DNA from: an uncultured beta proteobacterium
GTDB lineage: Bacteria > Pseudomonadota > Gammaproteobacteria > Burkholderiales > Burkholderiaceae_C
NCBI GenBank assembly: GCA_963752295.1
Contig: CAVVXV010000012.1
Coordinates: 57,608-121,607, forward strand
Length of the DNA: 64,000 nucleotides
Reading direction: 5' to 3'
The notes beneath the pieces were generated by a model, which ran no database searches, was not told the DNA's origin, and was given only the letters and a program-made list of their open reading frames with translations. The position numbers and the translations under genes were made by a program. Positions 9,441-17,841 of the stretch are shown here, piece by piece (position 1 is the stretch's first letter; every line of letters begins with the position of its first letter).

Positions 9441-10709
9441 ATGATCGATCGCACGCCACCCGAAGAGGGCTTCACCACGGCCAATGTGCACAGCGACCGC
9501 CGCTTCGGCGTCGAGCACGGCGGCATTCACAAGCCGGCCCATTCGTCGACCCAGTACGCGTTCGACAAGGTCGAGGACCTGATCGGCGTCTTCCAGGGGC
9601 GCATCAAGGGCGGCTTCAACTATGCGCGCCAAGGCACGCCGACCACGGCAGCACTGGAGGCGAGCGTGACGCGCATGGAGCGCGGCGTGGGCACCGTGTG
9701 CTTTGCCAGCGGCATGGGCGCCCTCACCGCGCTGTTCCTGACCCTGCTGCGCCAGGGCGACCACCTCGTGTCCAGCCGATACGTGTTCGGCAACACGAGC
9801 AGCCTGCTCGGCACGCTCGAGGGACTGGGCATCGCCTCCAGCCGCGTCGATGCGTCCAGTGTGCAGCACGTGCAAGACGCGCTGCGCCCGAACACGCGCA
9901 TGGTGTTTGTCGAGACGATCGCCAACCCCGGCACGCAGATTCCCGACCTGGAAGCCATCGGCGCGCTGTGCCGCGAGCGCGGGCTGCTGTTCGTGGTCGA
10001 CAACACGGTCACTTCGCCTTGCGTGTTCCGCCCTGGTTCGGTGGGTGCCGGCATGGTCGTGAACTCGCTGAGCAAGACCGTGAGCGGACATGGCGCCGCG
10101 CTGGGTGGCGCGGTGACCGACACCGGCGCATTCGACTGGCAGCGCTACCCGAACATCCTCGCCGCCTATCGCGGCCCGGATCCGCGCCAATGGGGACTCA
10201 CCCAACTGCGCAAGAAGGGTCTGCGCGACATGGGCGCCTCGCTGTCGTCCGAACAGGCGCAGCAGATCTCGCTGGGCGCCGAGACCATGGCCTTGCGCGT
10301 GGCACGCACCGGCGCCACGGCTTTGGCGCTCGCACGACACCTCGAGACTCACCCTGCAGTGGCCTCGGTGCGCTATCCGGGCCTGCGCTCCCACCCGCAG
10401 AATGCCATCGCGACGCGCTTGTTCTCTGCCGCCTCGTGGCTGCTCAGCTTCGAACTGCGCGATGCGGCTGCTGCCATCGAAGCCGTCGACCGGATGCGCC
10501 TGCCATTGAAGGCGACCGGAATGGGCGACAACCGGACCTTGATCATCCCGGTGGCGCCGACCATCTTCTGGGAGGCTGGCGCCGAAGTGCGTGCCGAGAT
10601 GGACATTCCCGATGGCCTGATCCGCGTGTCGGTGGGCCTGGAAGACGAGGCCGATCTCATCGCGGACTTCGACCAGGCCCTGGCACAAGCGCCAGCCGCC
10701 CGCGGCTGA
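9441..10709 (+). CDS. Cystathionine gamma-synthase / trans-sulfuration PLP enzyme family protein
   Basis: YARQGTPT, FASGMGA, FVETIANP, VVDNT, NSLSKTVSGHG (PLP Lys) and LIRVSVGLED motifs. Confidence 0.9.
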   Translation: MIDRTPPEEGFTTANVHSDRRFGVEHGGIHKPAHSSTQYAFDKVEDLIGVFQGRIKGGFNYARQGTPTTAALEASVTRMERGVGTVCFASGMGALTALFLTLLRQGDHLVSSRYVFGNTSSLLGTLEGLGIASSRVDASSVQHVQDALRPNTRMVFVETIANPGTQIPDLEAIGALCRERGLLFVVDNTVTSPCVFRPGSVGAGMVVNSLSKTVSGHGAALGGAVTDTGAFDWQRYPNILAAYRGPDPRQWGLTQLRKKGLRDMGASLSSEQAQQISLGAETMALRVARTGATALALARHLETHPAVASVRYPGLRSHPQNAIATRLFSAASWLLSFELRDAAAAIEAVDRMRLPLKATGMGDNRTLIIPVAPTIFWEAGAEVRAEMDIPDGLIRVSVGLEDEADLIADFDQALAQAPAARG

Positions 10710-10764
10710 GGACGCGCTTGTCGGGCGCGTTGTCGCCTGGGACCTTGCGTCGATGGTCCGGGCG

Positions 10765-10826
10765 CGCAGATGGCGTCCTCGCAGATGGCGTCCGCGCAGA
10801 CGTACTACCCGCAGATGTCGCGCAGA
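10765..10826. repeat. Degenerate 15-bp tandem repeat (CGCAGA core x5)
   Basis: CGCAGA at 10765, 10780, 10795, 10810 and 10821, between convergent genes. Confidence 0.8.
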
Positions 10827-10833
10827 GCGTGGC

Positions 10834-11406
10834 TCAGCCCAGCGGCGACACGCCGATGAGCCAGCGGTGAAGGCCGCCGATGAAGAGCACGTAGAGCACG
10901 AGGCCGGCGACGATGGCGATCACGTCGTTGGCGGGCCGCGGTGGCGCTCCGGGCACCGGCCGCGCCGGACGACGCGCGAGCGAGATGCGGTCGAACACGG
11001 CCCACGCCAGGAAGCCGCCGAAGAGCAGCACATCGGCCAGCGTGCCGTTGGCCAGCAAATGGGCGAAGGCCCAGATCTTCACCGACGCCACCATCGGATG
11101 CTTGACCGCCGACTTGATGCGCCCGGGCAGGTAGGCCGCCAGGAACAGCGGGAACACCGGCAACATGAGCAGCAAGGTGATGTGCCTCATCCACACCGGC
11201 GGCACGTACAGCACGGTAGGCGATTGCCGCGCCATGCCATAGCCGACGACGAGCAACACGAAGCCGGCGATGGACAGGACGGAGTAGAGCCCCTTCCACG
11301 CCCGCTCGCCCATGCGGGCGGCTTGCGCATCGCGCCAACGCCAGCCGACGATGGATACGCTATGGACGCCGAGGAAGATCACCAGACCGAGGATCAGCCA
11401 TGCCAT
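10834..11406 (-). CDS. nnrU: NnrU family membrane protein
   Basis: LILGLVIFLGVHS start, KHPMVASVKIWAFAHLLANG and HRWLIGVSP motifs. Confidence 0.85.
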   Translation of the reverse strand: MAWLILGLVIFLGVHSVSIVGWRWRDAQAARMGERAWKGLYSVLSIAGFVLLVVGYGMARQSPTVLYVPPVWMRHITLLLMLPVFPLFLAAYLPGRIKSAVKHPMVASVKIWAFAHLLANGTLADVLLFGGFLAWAVFDRISLARRPARPVPGAPPRPANDVIAIVAGLVLYVLFIGGLHRWLIGVSPLG

Positions 11407-11578
11407 CGTGCAAGCCTTTCGATGCCGGGAACCGGCGGGCAGCGGCAGTGTCGGCAGGCAGACGCATGGAGTCACCAGCCGAGTCGCGCGGGGGTGTCGG
11501 ATCAGAGGCGTCATGTCCCCCTGTTGCCAAGGAAGTCTCGCGCAGTGTGAACTGAGAACCAAGCGGACCCACATGCGC

Positions 11579-12733
11579 TCAGTTCAAGATGCGACCGCCC
11601 TCGCCCACCACGCTGATCTCCACATAGCTCGAGCCTGCATTGCCGGGCCGCGAGAAATTCACGCGGTAGTCGCCGAGGTCGAACTCGGATGCGTGCAGCG
11701 CCGACACCAGCGATTCCCTGGTCACATTGCGCCCGGCCCGATCCAGTGCCGCCACGAGCAGCTTCGCATCGAGGTATCCCTCGACGCCGTAGTACGCGGG
11801 CCGTGCGGAAGGGTCCAGTTCGGCCAGCGCGCGTCTGTACTCGCGCACCACGCCCACCTTCTCCAACAGCGGATGCGGCATGACCTGGGCGACCTCCACG
11901 CCGCGCGTGTCGGCTTCGGTCAGCTGAGACACGAGCTGATCGGTCCCGACGGGTGAAAGCGCGACGAAGAACGGCCGTGCGCCAGCCACGTGCATGCCAC
12001 GGATGAACGCCGCGGCAGGCGGCGCCAGGGCCACCATGACGACCGCCTGCGCATTCGAGCCGGCAATCGACTTCACGGCTGCCGCCACCTGGGTCGAATT
12101 GCGGGGCACGGAGCCCACAGCCACCGGCTTCAGACCGTGCTGCGCCAGGGCCCGCGTCAGGCCGTCGTACCCCGACTGACCGAAGCCATCGTCCTGGTAG
12201 AAGACCGCCAGGCGCGTGATGCCGACGGTGGTCAGGTTGCGCACGATGGCGGCCGTCTCGTCGCCGTAGCTGGCACGCAGGTGGAATATGTGGTGATTGT
12301 CTGGCGAGCGCAGCGCCTCGGCGCCCGTGACGGTACCGATCAGCGGCACGCCCGCGCGCTCCAGCACGGGAGAAACCGCCAGTGTCGACGCGGTGCCGTA
12401 AAAACCCACGAGCGCGAAGACCTTGTCCTGCCCGATGAGCCTGCGGGTGTTGGCCACGGCGGCGGCGGGCTCGTAGCCATCGTCGAGGCTGACCAGTTCG
12501 ATCCTGCGGCCATGCACGCCTCCGGCCGCGTTGACGCGGGCCAGGCAGGCTTCGATGCCCTGCCGCATCTGCCGGCCGTATGCGCCGGCCGTGCCCGACA
12601 ATGGCGCCGACATGCCGACCTTCAAGGTCGTCTCCGTGATGCCATCTGCCGCCACTGCGACAACGCAGGCACAGGCCAAGAGCCAGGCGACCGCGGAACG
12701 GCCGATCATTCGGGTGAAACATTGCGAGCGCAT
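11579..12733 (-). CDS. Orphan periplasmic ligand-binding protein (Leu/Ile/Val-binding type)
   Basis: Signal peptide, VGMSAPLSG, NAAGGVHGRRIEL, DDGYEP and RASYGDE motifs. No adjacent permease. Confidence 0.88.
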   Translation of the reverse strand: MRSQCFTRMIGRSAVAWLLACACVVAVAADGITETTLKVGMSAPLSGTAGAYGRQMRQGIEACLARVNAAGGVHGRRIELVSLDDGYEPAAAVANTRRLIGQDKVFALVGFYGTASTLAVSPVLERAGVPLIGTVTGAEALRSPDNHHIFHLRASYGDETAAIVRNLTTVGITRLAVFYQDDGFGQSGYDGLTRALAQHGLKPVAVGSVPRNSTQVAAAVKSIAGSNAQAVVMVALAPPAAAFIRGMHVAGARPFFVALSPVGTDQLVSQLTEADTRGVEVAQVMPHPLLEKVGVVREYRRALAELDPSARPAYYGVEGYLDAKLLVAALDRAGRNVTRESLVSALHASEFDLGDYRVNFSRPGNAGSSYVEISVVGEGGRILN

Positions 12734-12887
12734 CAGCGGTCTCCTGTGTGTGACAGGCCGCTGCTTCAGGCGGCGGCCGGGCCTCGTGGGAGGCTTGTCG
12801 GCACACCTGAGGCGCCACGTGAGGCCGCTCTATGCGCGCGTGAGCATTGTTGAAATTGGCATCCGCCGCGGTTGAGGGCCCGTGGCC

Positions 12888-14387
12888 CTAACGCGACTCC
12901 TTGATGATGCGCCCGTCGGCCGACTGGATCGGCCGCGCATTCATCGGGTACAGCCGTGCAAAGATCGACAACTGGTCCGGCGAGACGGGCACGGGTTTCT
13001 TCATCACCATCCACAAGACGCCCTCGCTGCACGGCGGCGTGGTCAGAGATCCCATGTACGTGAAATAGCGACGGTCGTCGGGCAGCAGCGCGTTCAGGTC
13101 CACGGGCACCTGGGCAGGCAGCGGTTCACCTTTTTCCAGCGGCAGGTTGTTCCACACGGTCTGCACCACGGGCTGCGCACTGCCGCGCTCGAGCAGCACG
13201 GCGACCACCGCGATCCGGCCGGCATCGTCCTTGTGCACGAGGTGGACCGTCATGTCGAACTGCTTGCCGTCCACCCGCTCTTCCGACGGGCGATGGAAAT
13301 GGAACTGCTTGAGCTCGTATCGACGGCCCATCACGCGGATGAAGTTGCCCGGCGCCACGTCGACCTGGACCGTGTGACCGTTGTCGACCACGGCGAAGGC
13401 GCTGGGCTTGTAGTCGAACTGCACGGGCTCCAGGTCCACGCGAAGCCCGTCGTGCAAGTCGATCGGACTCTGGCGCGAGCCTGTCGCGCACTTGGAGAAT
13501 TCCGGCTGCAGCCGGCCCCAGGCCTGCGGGCCGTCGGGGCCGTCATAGGACCATGTCGCATGGCCCGGCGCCTTCTCGTGCACGGTGCTGCCGGCCTCGC
13601 GGCGAGCGGCAGCGGCCGGGTCATGCGCGGCGGACGCGTCAGGCGATGATCGATCCTGCGGCTTGCGCGAAGGCGCAACAGCGGACCCATGCGCGCCCTC
13701 GTGTGGGCGCGCCAGCATGGTCACCCGCAGTTCTCCGGGGCCGTCGGGGCGAAGATGACCGCTGGCACCCAGCGTATCGGCGAGTCTGCGCTGGAGCTTG
13801 TCCAGCGGATCCTCCGGGCCGGCGGGCACCGTCGGGACCGCCGATGCCGATGCCGATGCCGATGCCGATGCCGATGCCGATGCCATGGCGACGGCCGAGG
13901 CGCCGGACGGCGCCGTCGCTGCGGACGCGTGCTCGGAACTGTGCGCCGCGGCATTCGCATCCGGCGGCGATGCCGGCTGCGATGCTGGCTGAGACGGTGG
14001 CTGCGCCGACGCGCTGTCGGCGTCCGGTGCAGCCGGTGTGGGCCCGTCTCGCGTCGCGGCATGGCTGGAACGTGCAGTCTCGGCGTCGCGCGGACCGGCC
14101 GCCGCCTTGTGGGCGGGCGACGCATGCGCGGCACGGGCTTCGGCGGCCTTGATGGGCCAGAACGCATAGGCGCCGAGCGCGCTGAGGATCAATGCGAACG
14201 CGCCGGCGCCCGCCATGATGAGCAACTTGTTGGACATGAGCACTGGGGATTGCCGCACCCGCCCCAGCCATTCGGCCATCCTGGGCGGCAGCGCAAGGCG
14301 TTTCTTCGATGGCGCCGCCACGCCCCCGTCGTCGACTGCCTGATCGAGCACGGGCGCGTCTTCATGACCTGGGGGAGACTTCGCCAT
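12888..14387 (-). CDS. Alpha-class carbonic anhydrase with N-terminal TM anchor and low-complexity stalk
   Basis: C-terminal domain has WSYDG, RQSPID, NGHT, QFHFH, HLVH, GSLTTPPCSEGV and NARPIQ. N-terminal TM segment is followed by about 200 aa of Ala/Pro/Ser-rich linker. Confidence 0.9.
   Translation of the reverse strand: MAKSPPGHEDAPVLDQAVDDGGVAAPSKKRLALPPRMAEWLGRVRQSPVLMSNKLLIMAGAGAFALILSALGAYAFWPIKAAEARAAHASPAHKAAAGPRDAETARSSHAATRDGPTPAAPDADSASAQPPSQPASQPASPPDANAAAHSSEHASAATAPSGASAVAMASASASASASASASAVPTVPAGPEDPLDKLQRRLADTLGASGHLRPDGPGELRVTMLARPHEGAHGSAVAPSRKPQDRSSPDASAAHDPAAAARREAGSTVHEKAPGHATWSYDGPDGPQAWGRLQPEFSKCATGSRQSPIDLHDGLRVDLEPVQFDYKPSAFAVVDNGHTVQVDVAPGNFIRVMGRRYELKQFHFHRPSEERVDGKQFDMTVHLVHKDDAGRIAVVAVLLERGSAQPVVQTVWNNLPLEKGEPLPAQVPVDLNALLPDDRRYFTYMGSLTTPPCSEGVLWMVMKKPVPVSPDQLSIFARLYPMNARPIQSADGRIIKESR
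13840..13884. repeat. Hexanucleotide microsatellite (GCCGAT)7.5 encoding (Ser-Ala)n
   Basis: Perfect in-frame tandem repeat inside the carbonic anhydrase stalk. Confidence 0.95.
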
Positions 14388-14468
14388 GCCTGCATATCGG
14401 CCGCTTGCCGATGCTCTTGAGCCCGAGCACAGGCCTGCGGCGGGCGCACGCGGCGTCCGGCTTCGGCC

Positions 14469-15674
14469 TCAGGTCACGCGCGGCTTGACCCAGATCCAGG
14501 CCACCATGCCGATGCTCATCATCAGCAGCGAAGAGACCGCCAGCGCGACCGTGGAATGCATCACGAGCGGCGCGATCGCACCGGCGACGAACCCGTTGGC
14601 CAGGCTGCCGATGCAGGCCTGGAACGACGAGGCCAGGCCTCGCCGCTCGGGTACAAGATCGAGCACGAGCAGCGTGACCACCGGCACCATCAACGCCCAG
14701 CCGAAGGCGAAGATGGCGATCGGCAACAGGGCCCACCACGGTTGAGCGTCGAAGAGCAGGTTGAGTGCGACGTTGACCAGCGAGACCAGCAGCATGATCA
14801 CGAACCCGTGCCGGATCTGCCGCTTGGGCGCGATGCGGCCTGCCAGCCGCCCCGACAGCCAGGCTCCGCCCATGATGCCCCCGATCGTGAGCATGAAGAA
14901 CCAGAAGAACTGGCCCGGCCCCAGATGAAGATGCTGGCCGAGAAAGGTGGGCGCGGACAGCACATACAGGAACATGCCGTTGAACGGGATGCCGCTGGCC
15001 AGCGCGAGCGCCAGGAAGCGCGGACTGCTGCCCAGGTCCCAGTAGGCCCGCATCAGCTGCCCGACGTGAAACCGTTGGCGGTGCGTCGCGTGCAGCGTCT
15101 CGGGCAGCAGCTGGTAGTTGCCGATCCACAGAGCCGCCCCGACCGCGGTCAGGAACCAGAAGATCGAATGCCAGCCCACATGCACGAAGAGAAACCCGCC
15201 GACCATGGGCGCCACCGCCGGCGCCACGCCGAAATAGATGGTGACCTGCGACATCACCCGCTGCGCGTCGGCCGGTGGGAACATGTCGCGGATCACTGCG
15301 CGCGAGACGACGATTCCGGCGCCGGCGGACATGCCTTGCAGCGCCCTGAAGAAGACCAGCAGCCCGATGTGCTGCGACAGGGCGCAACCCGCCGACGCGA
15401 GGGTGAAGACGACGATGCCGGTGAGCACGACCGGGCGCCGGCCGAAGCTGTCCGACAGCGCGCCATGGAACAGGTTCATGACCGCGAAGCCGAACAGGTA
15501 CACCGACAGCGTCTGCTGCATCTCCACGGGCGTGGCGCCGAGCGACTGCGCGATGCCGGTGAACGCCGGCAGATAGGTGTCGATCGAGAACGGCCCGAGC
15601 ATGCCCAGGCAGGCGAGCAGAAAGGCCAGTGCCCAGCGCGGTGCGCGCCAGAGAGTGTGTGCGTCTGGATTCAT
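14469..15674 (-). CDS. Bcr/CflA family multidrug MFS efflux transporter
   Basis: PFSIDTYLPAF, GALSDSFGRRPV, RAVIRD and PETL motifs, about 12 TM helices. Start set at MNPDAH. Confidence 0.9.
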   Translation of the reverse strand: MNPDAHTLWRAPRWALAFLLACLGMLGPFSIDTYLPAFTGIAQSLGATPVEMQQTLSVYLFGFAVMNLFHGALSDSFGRRPVVLTGIVVFTLASAGCALSQHIGLLVFFRALQGMSAGAGIVVSRAVIRDMFPPADAQRVMSQVTIYFGVAPAVAPMVGGFLFVHVGWHSIFWFLTAVGAALWIGNYQLLPETLHATHRQRFHVGQLMRAYWDLGSSPRFLALALASGIPFNGMFLYVLSAPTFLGQHLHLGPGQFFWFFMLTIGGIMGGAWLSGRLAGRIAPKRQIRHGFVIMLLVSLVNVALNLLFDAQPWWALLPIAIFAFGWALMVPVVTLLVLDLVPERRGLASSFQACIGSLANGFVAGAIAPLVMHSTVALAVSSLLMMSIGMVAWIWVKPRVT

Positions 15675-16021
15675 GAAGGACGGCGCGAGTTTAGACGGCC
15701 GGCATCGCGCGTCTTCCACCATCGCACAGCCCATCTGGACAACGGCGCAAAGGCCACGACCATCTCGCGGCCCAGCGCGGTGAGCCGATAGCCGCCTTCG
15801 TCGCTGGCCACGAGTCCAGCCTCGCGCAGCTCGAAGAGCCGCTGATTCAGCACCGTGGGCGAGATGTCGCCGCAGCGGGCCTGCAACGCGCGAAACGTCC
15901 AGGCGCCTTCGCGCAGCTCCCAGATGACGCGCAGCATCCAGCGCCGGTGGAACAACTCCAGCGCCTCGTTGATGGCGTCCTTGGCCAACTGTCGTCTTTC
16001 GGGGCGCGTCATCGGCGTCAT
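15671..16021 (-). CDS. HxlR family winged-helix transcriptional regulator
   Basis: RRWMLRVIWEL, ISPTVLNQRLFELREAGLV and YRLTALGREM motifs. Divergent from the CMD gene. Confidence 0.85.
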   Translation of the reverse strand: MTPMTRPERRQLAKDAINEALELFHRRWMLRVIWELREGAWTFRALQARCGDISPTVLNQRLFELREAGLVASDEGGYRLTALGREMVVAFAPLSRWAVRWWKTRDAGRLNSRRPS

Positions 16022-16060
16022 CGGTGCGGCGTGATCGTTTGACCCGCATGCAAAGCGGGT

Positions 16061-16105
16061 TGCTACGGTAAATGTAGCATCTCCATTGCTACTGTTTCGG
16101 TAGCG
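16061..16105. promoter_or_regulatory. Tandem palindromic operators GCTAC-N7-GTAGC
   Basis: TGCTACGGTAAATGTAGCA (16061-16079) and TGCTACTGTTTCGGTAGCG (16087-16105) lie between the divergent hxlR-like and CMD genes. Confidence 0.65.
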
Positions 16106-16122
16106 CCCACCGGAGTTCCCAC

Positions 16123-16710
16123 ATGCCCCGAATCCATCCCGTGACCGCTCCGTATTCCGATGCGCTCGCCGCGCGCTTCGCGCGCATCCTGCCGCCTGCC
16201 ATGTCTCCGCCGGCCATCTTCCGCACCGTCGCGCGCAACGAAGCGCTGTTCCTGCACCTGGTCGACAGTGGCCTGCTCGGCCCGACGGGGCTGCTGGACC
16301 GCCGCGCATTGCCGCCTGCATTGCGCGAGCTGCTCATCCTGCGCACCTGCGTCGCAGCCGGCAACGCGTACGAATGGGCACTGCACGTGAAGACCATCTC
16401 CGAACGCATGGGCCTGAGCGCAGCGCAGATCGCCGACACGCGCAGCGCCAGGCCAGACCCGACGCTGTGGACCGCGGCGCAGCTCGCCTGCATGGCGCTG
16501 GTCGATGCGCTGGTGCCGCGACTCGACGTGGACGACGACACCTACGCCGGACTGCGCCATCACTTCGATGAAGCCACGCTGATCGAGATGACCCAGCTCG
16601 TGGGCCAGTACGTAGGGGTGGCGATGCTCGTCGCGCTGGCCCGGCTCGATCCCGATGCCGACGGGCGCGCGGACGTGCGGGACGCGAAAAATAGTGAAGC
16701 GAGCCGATAG
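16123..16710 (+). CDS. Carboxymuconolactone decarboxylase/AhpD-family protein
   Basis: GGAG RBS, LPPALRELLILRT, YEWALH and LRHHFDEATLIE motifs. Confidence 0.85.
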   Translation: MPRIHPVTAPYSDALAARFARILPPAMSPPAIFRTVARNEALFLHLVDSGLLGPTGLLDRRALPPALRELLILRTCVAAGNAYEWALHVKTISERMGLSAAQIADTRSARPDPTLWTAAQLACMALVDALVPRLDVDDDTYAGLRHHFDEATLIEMTQLVGQYVGVAMLVALARLDPDADGRADVRDAKNSEASR

Positions 16711-17051
16711 GCCGGATTCTGTGCGTCGCAGCGCCCTTTCGGACGATGCGACGTGGCCGCCATTCCTCTGGGCCGTGCATCGCTGCGACGGCTCGATGCT
16801 ACCTACCCGCACACTCGCCCCGGGCCGAGGTTCTGGGCGCACGGCCGAAGCCGCCTCGCCCGGCGTGTGCCTATTCGGTATTGCTGCGCGTAGAGATTGC
16901 CCGTTTCACCCGAACTGAATCGGCTCGTCTCTGTTGCTCTGATCCTCACCTCGCGGTGGACAGCCGTTGGCTGCTACGCTGCCCTGTGCAGTCCGGACCT
17001 TCCTCCAGTGCGCCCTTTCGGGACTTGCACCGGCGGCGGCCTGGCTCGCTT
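16697..17051 (-). ncRNA. rnpB: RNase P RNA, bacterial class A
   Basis: Minus strand reads AAGCGAGCCAGGCCGCCGC...GAGGAAGGTCCGGACTGCACAGGGCAG...GCAACAGAGA...GGGTGAAACGGGCAATCTC...GCAGCAA...ACAGAATCCGGCCTATCGGCTCGCTT. The 5' and 3' ends pair (P1) and the DUF3025/pyrC context is typical. Confidence 0.95.
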
Positions 17052-17063
17052 CACAGGGCGCGA

Positions 17064-17792
17064 TTATCCTCGCGCCGGACGGAACACGCCGGGATCGTCG
17101 TAGAACCCTGGCCTATCGTTGGCAGGCCACCAACCCGGAATACCCAGCAGTGGCAACGCGAGTGGCCGAGCGCTTGTGGGATCCACCGTTTGCCAATCCG
17201 CGCCGCGCGGCACGCACCACAGATGTGCCGTGATCTCCTTGCGCGGGCGCACGAGCTTTTCCATCAACGCGTGGCCCACCGGCACCAGCCGGCTGTCGCG
17301 CCAGAGGGCGCGATGCGTGACGAACAACTCGTGCCAGCGGCGCAGTCGGAGCGCCTCGACCAGGAGTGCGGGCGCCTGCCAGAGTGCGCCGTTCTCGTCG
17401 AACAGCGTGAGCGCATCGCGCAGCGGCCCGCGGCTATCCGAAACCCCGCACTGCGCGATCTGCGCAGCGTGGGCCTCGTTCAGCGAGCGCTTGAGCCGCG
17501 GCATCGCCAGCCACACGAGGCCGTTGAAAAAATCGTGCAGGCCATCGCGGGTCGGGACCTGCGCCGTGCGATGGATGAAGCTTTCGTAGGCTTCGCCACT
17601 GTCCTGCAAGACCTGCGGCACGAACCGCAGGGGTCCGGCCGACAGGGCGATGGCGCGCGGCGCGGCCAGCGCCGTCAGCGCCTGCGCGACGCTGGCGCCG
17701 TCCTCCAGCATTCCGCAGACCATGCGGCCGTCTTCGCGCACGCCGTCCAGCCAGGACTGTGTCCAGTCGATGTCGCGCCAGAACCGGTCCAT
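17064..17792 (-). CDS. DUF3025 domain-containing protein
   Basis: IDWTQSW, YESFI..T.QVPTR..LHDFFNGLVW, RDALTLFDENGA, GHALMEKL and LPLLGIPGW motifs. Lies between pyrC and rnpB. Confidence 0.88.
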   Translation of the reverse strand: MDRFWRDIDWTQSWLDGVREDGRMVCGMLEDGASVAQALTALAAPRAIALSAGPLRFVPQVLQDSGEAYESFIHRTAQVPTRDGLHDFFNGLVWLAMPRLKRSLNEAHAAQIAQCGVSDSRGPLRDALTLFDENGALWQAPALLVEALRLRRWHELFVTHRALWRDSRLVPVGHALMEKLVRPRKEITAHLWCVPRGADWQTVDPTSARPLALPLLGIPGWWPANDRPGFYDDPGVFRPARG

Positions 17793-17841
17793 CGTGAACC
17801 TCGATCAGGAGCCTGCCGCGGCGCCGGGCGCGACACGCCGT

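Noticed and set aside
10765-10826. Possible mini-CRISPR or iteron array
   Set aside because: The core is only 6 bp, the period is 15 bp, and no cas or rep gene is nearby.
12734-12887. Glycine or other riboswitch upstream of the orphan binding protein
   Set aside because: CTCAGG and GAAG fragments occur in the wrong order and I could not build the conserved aptamer.
13689-13992. (CR)n, (HR)n, (MP)n, (GI)n and (AD)n peptide ORFs
   Set aside because: These are alternative-frame translations of the (GCCGAT)n repeat inside the carbonic anhydrase gene.
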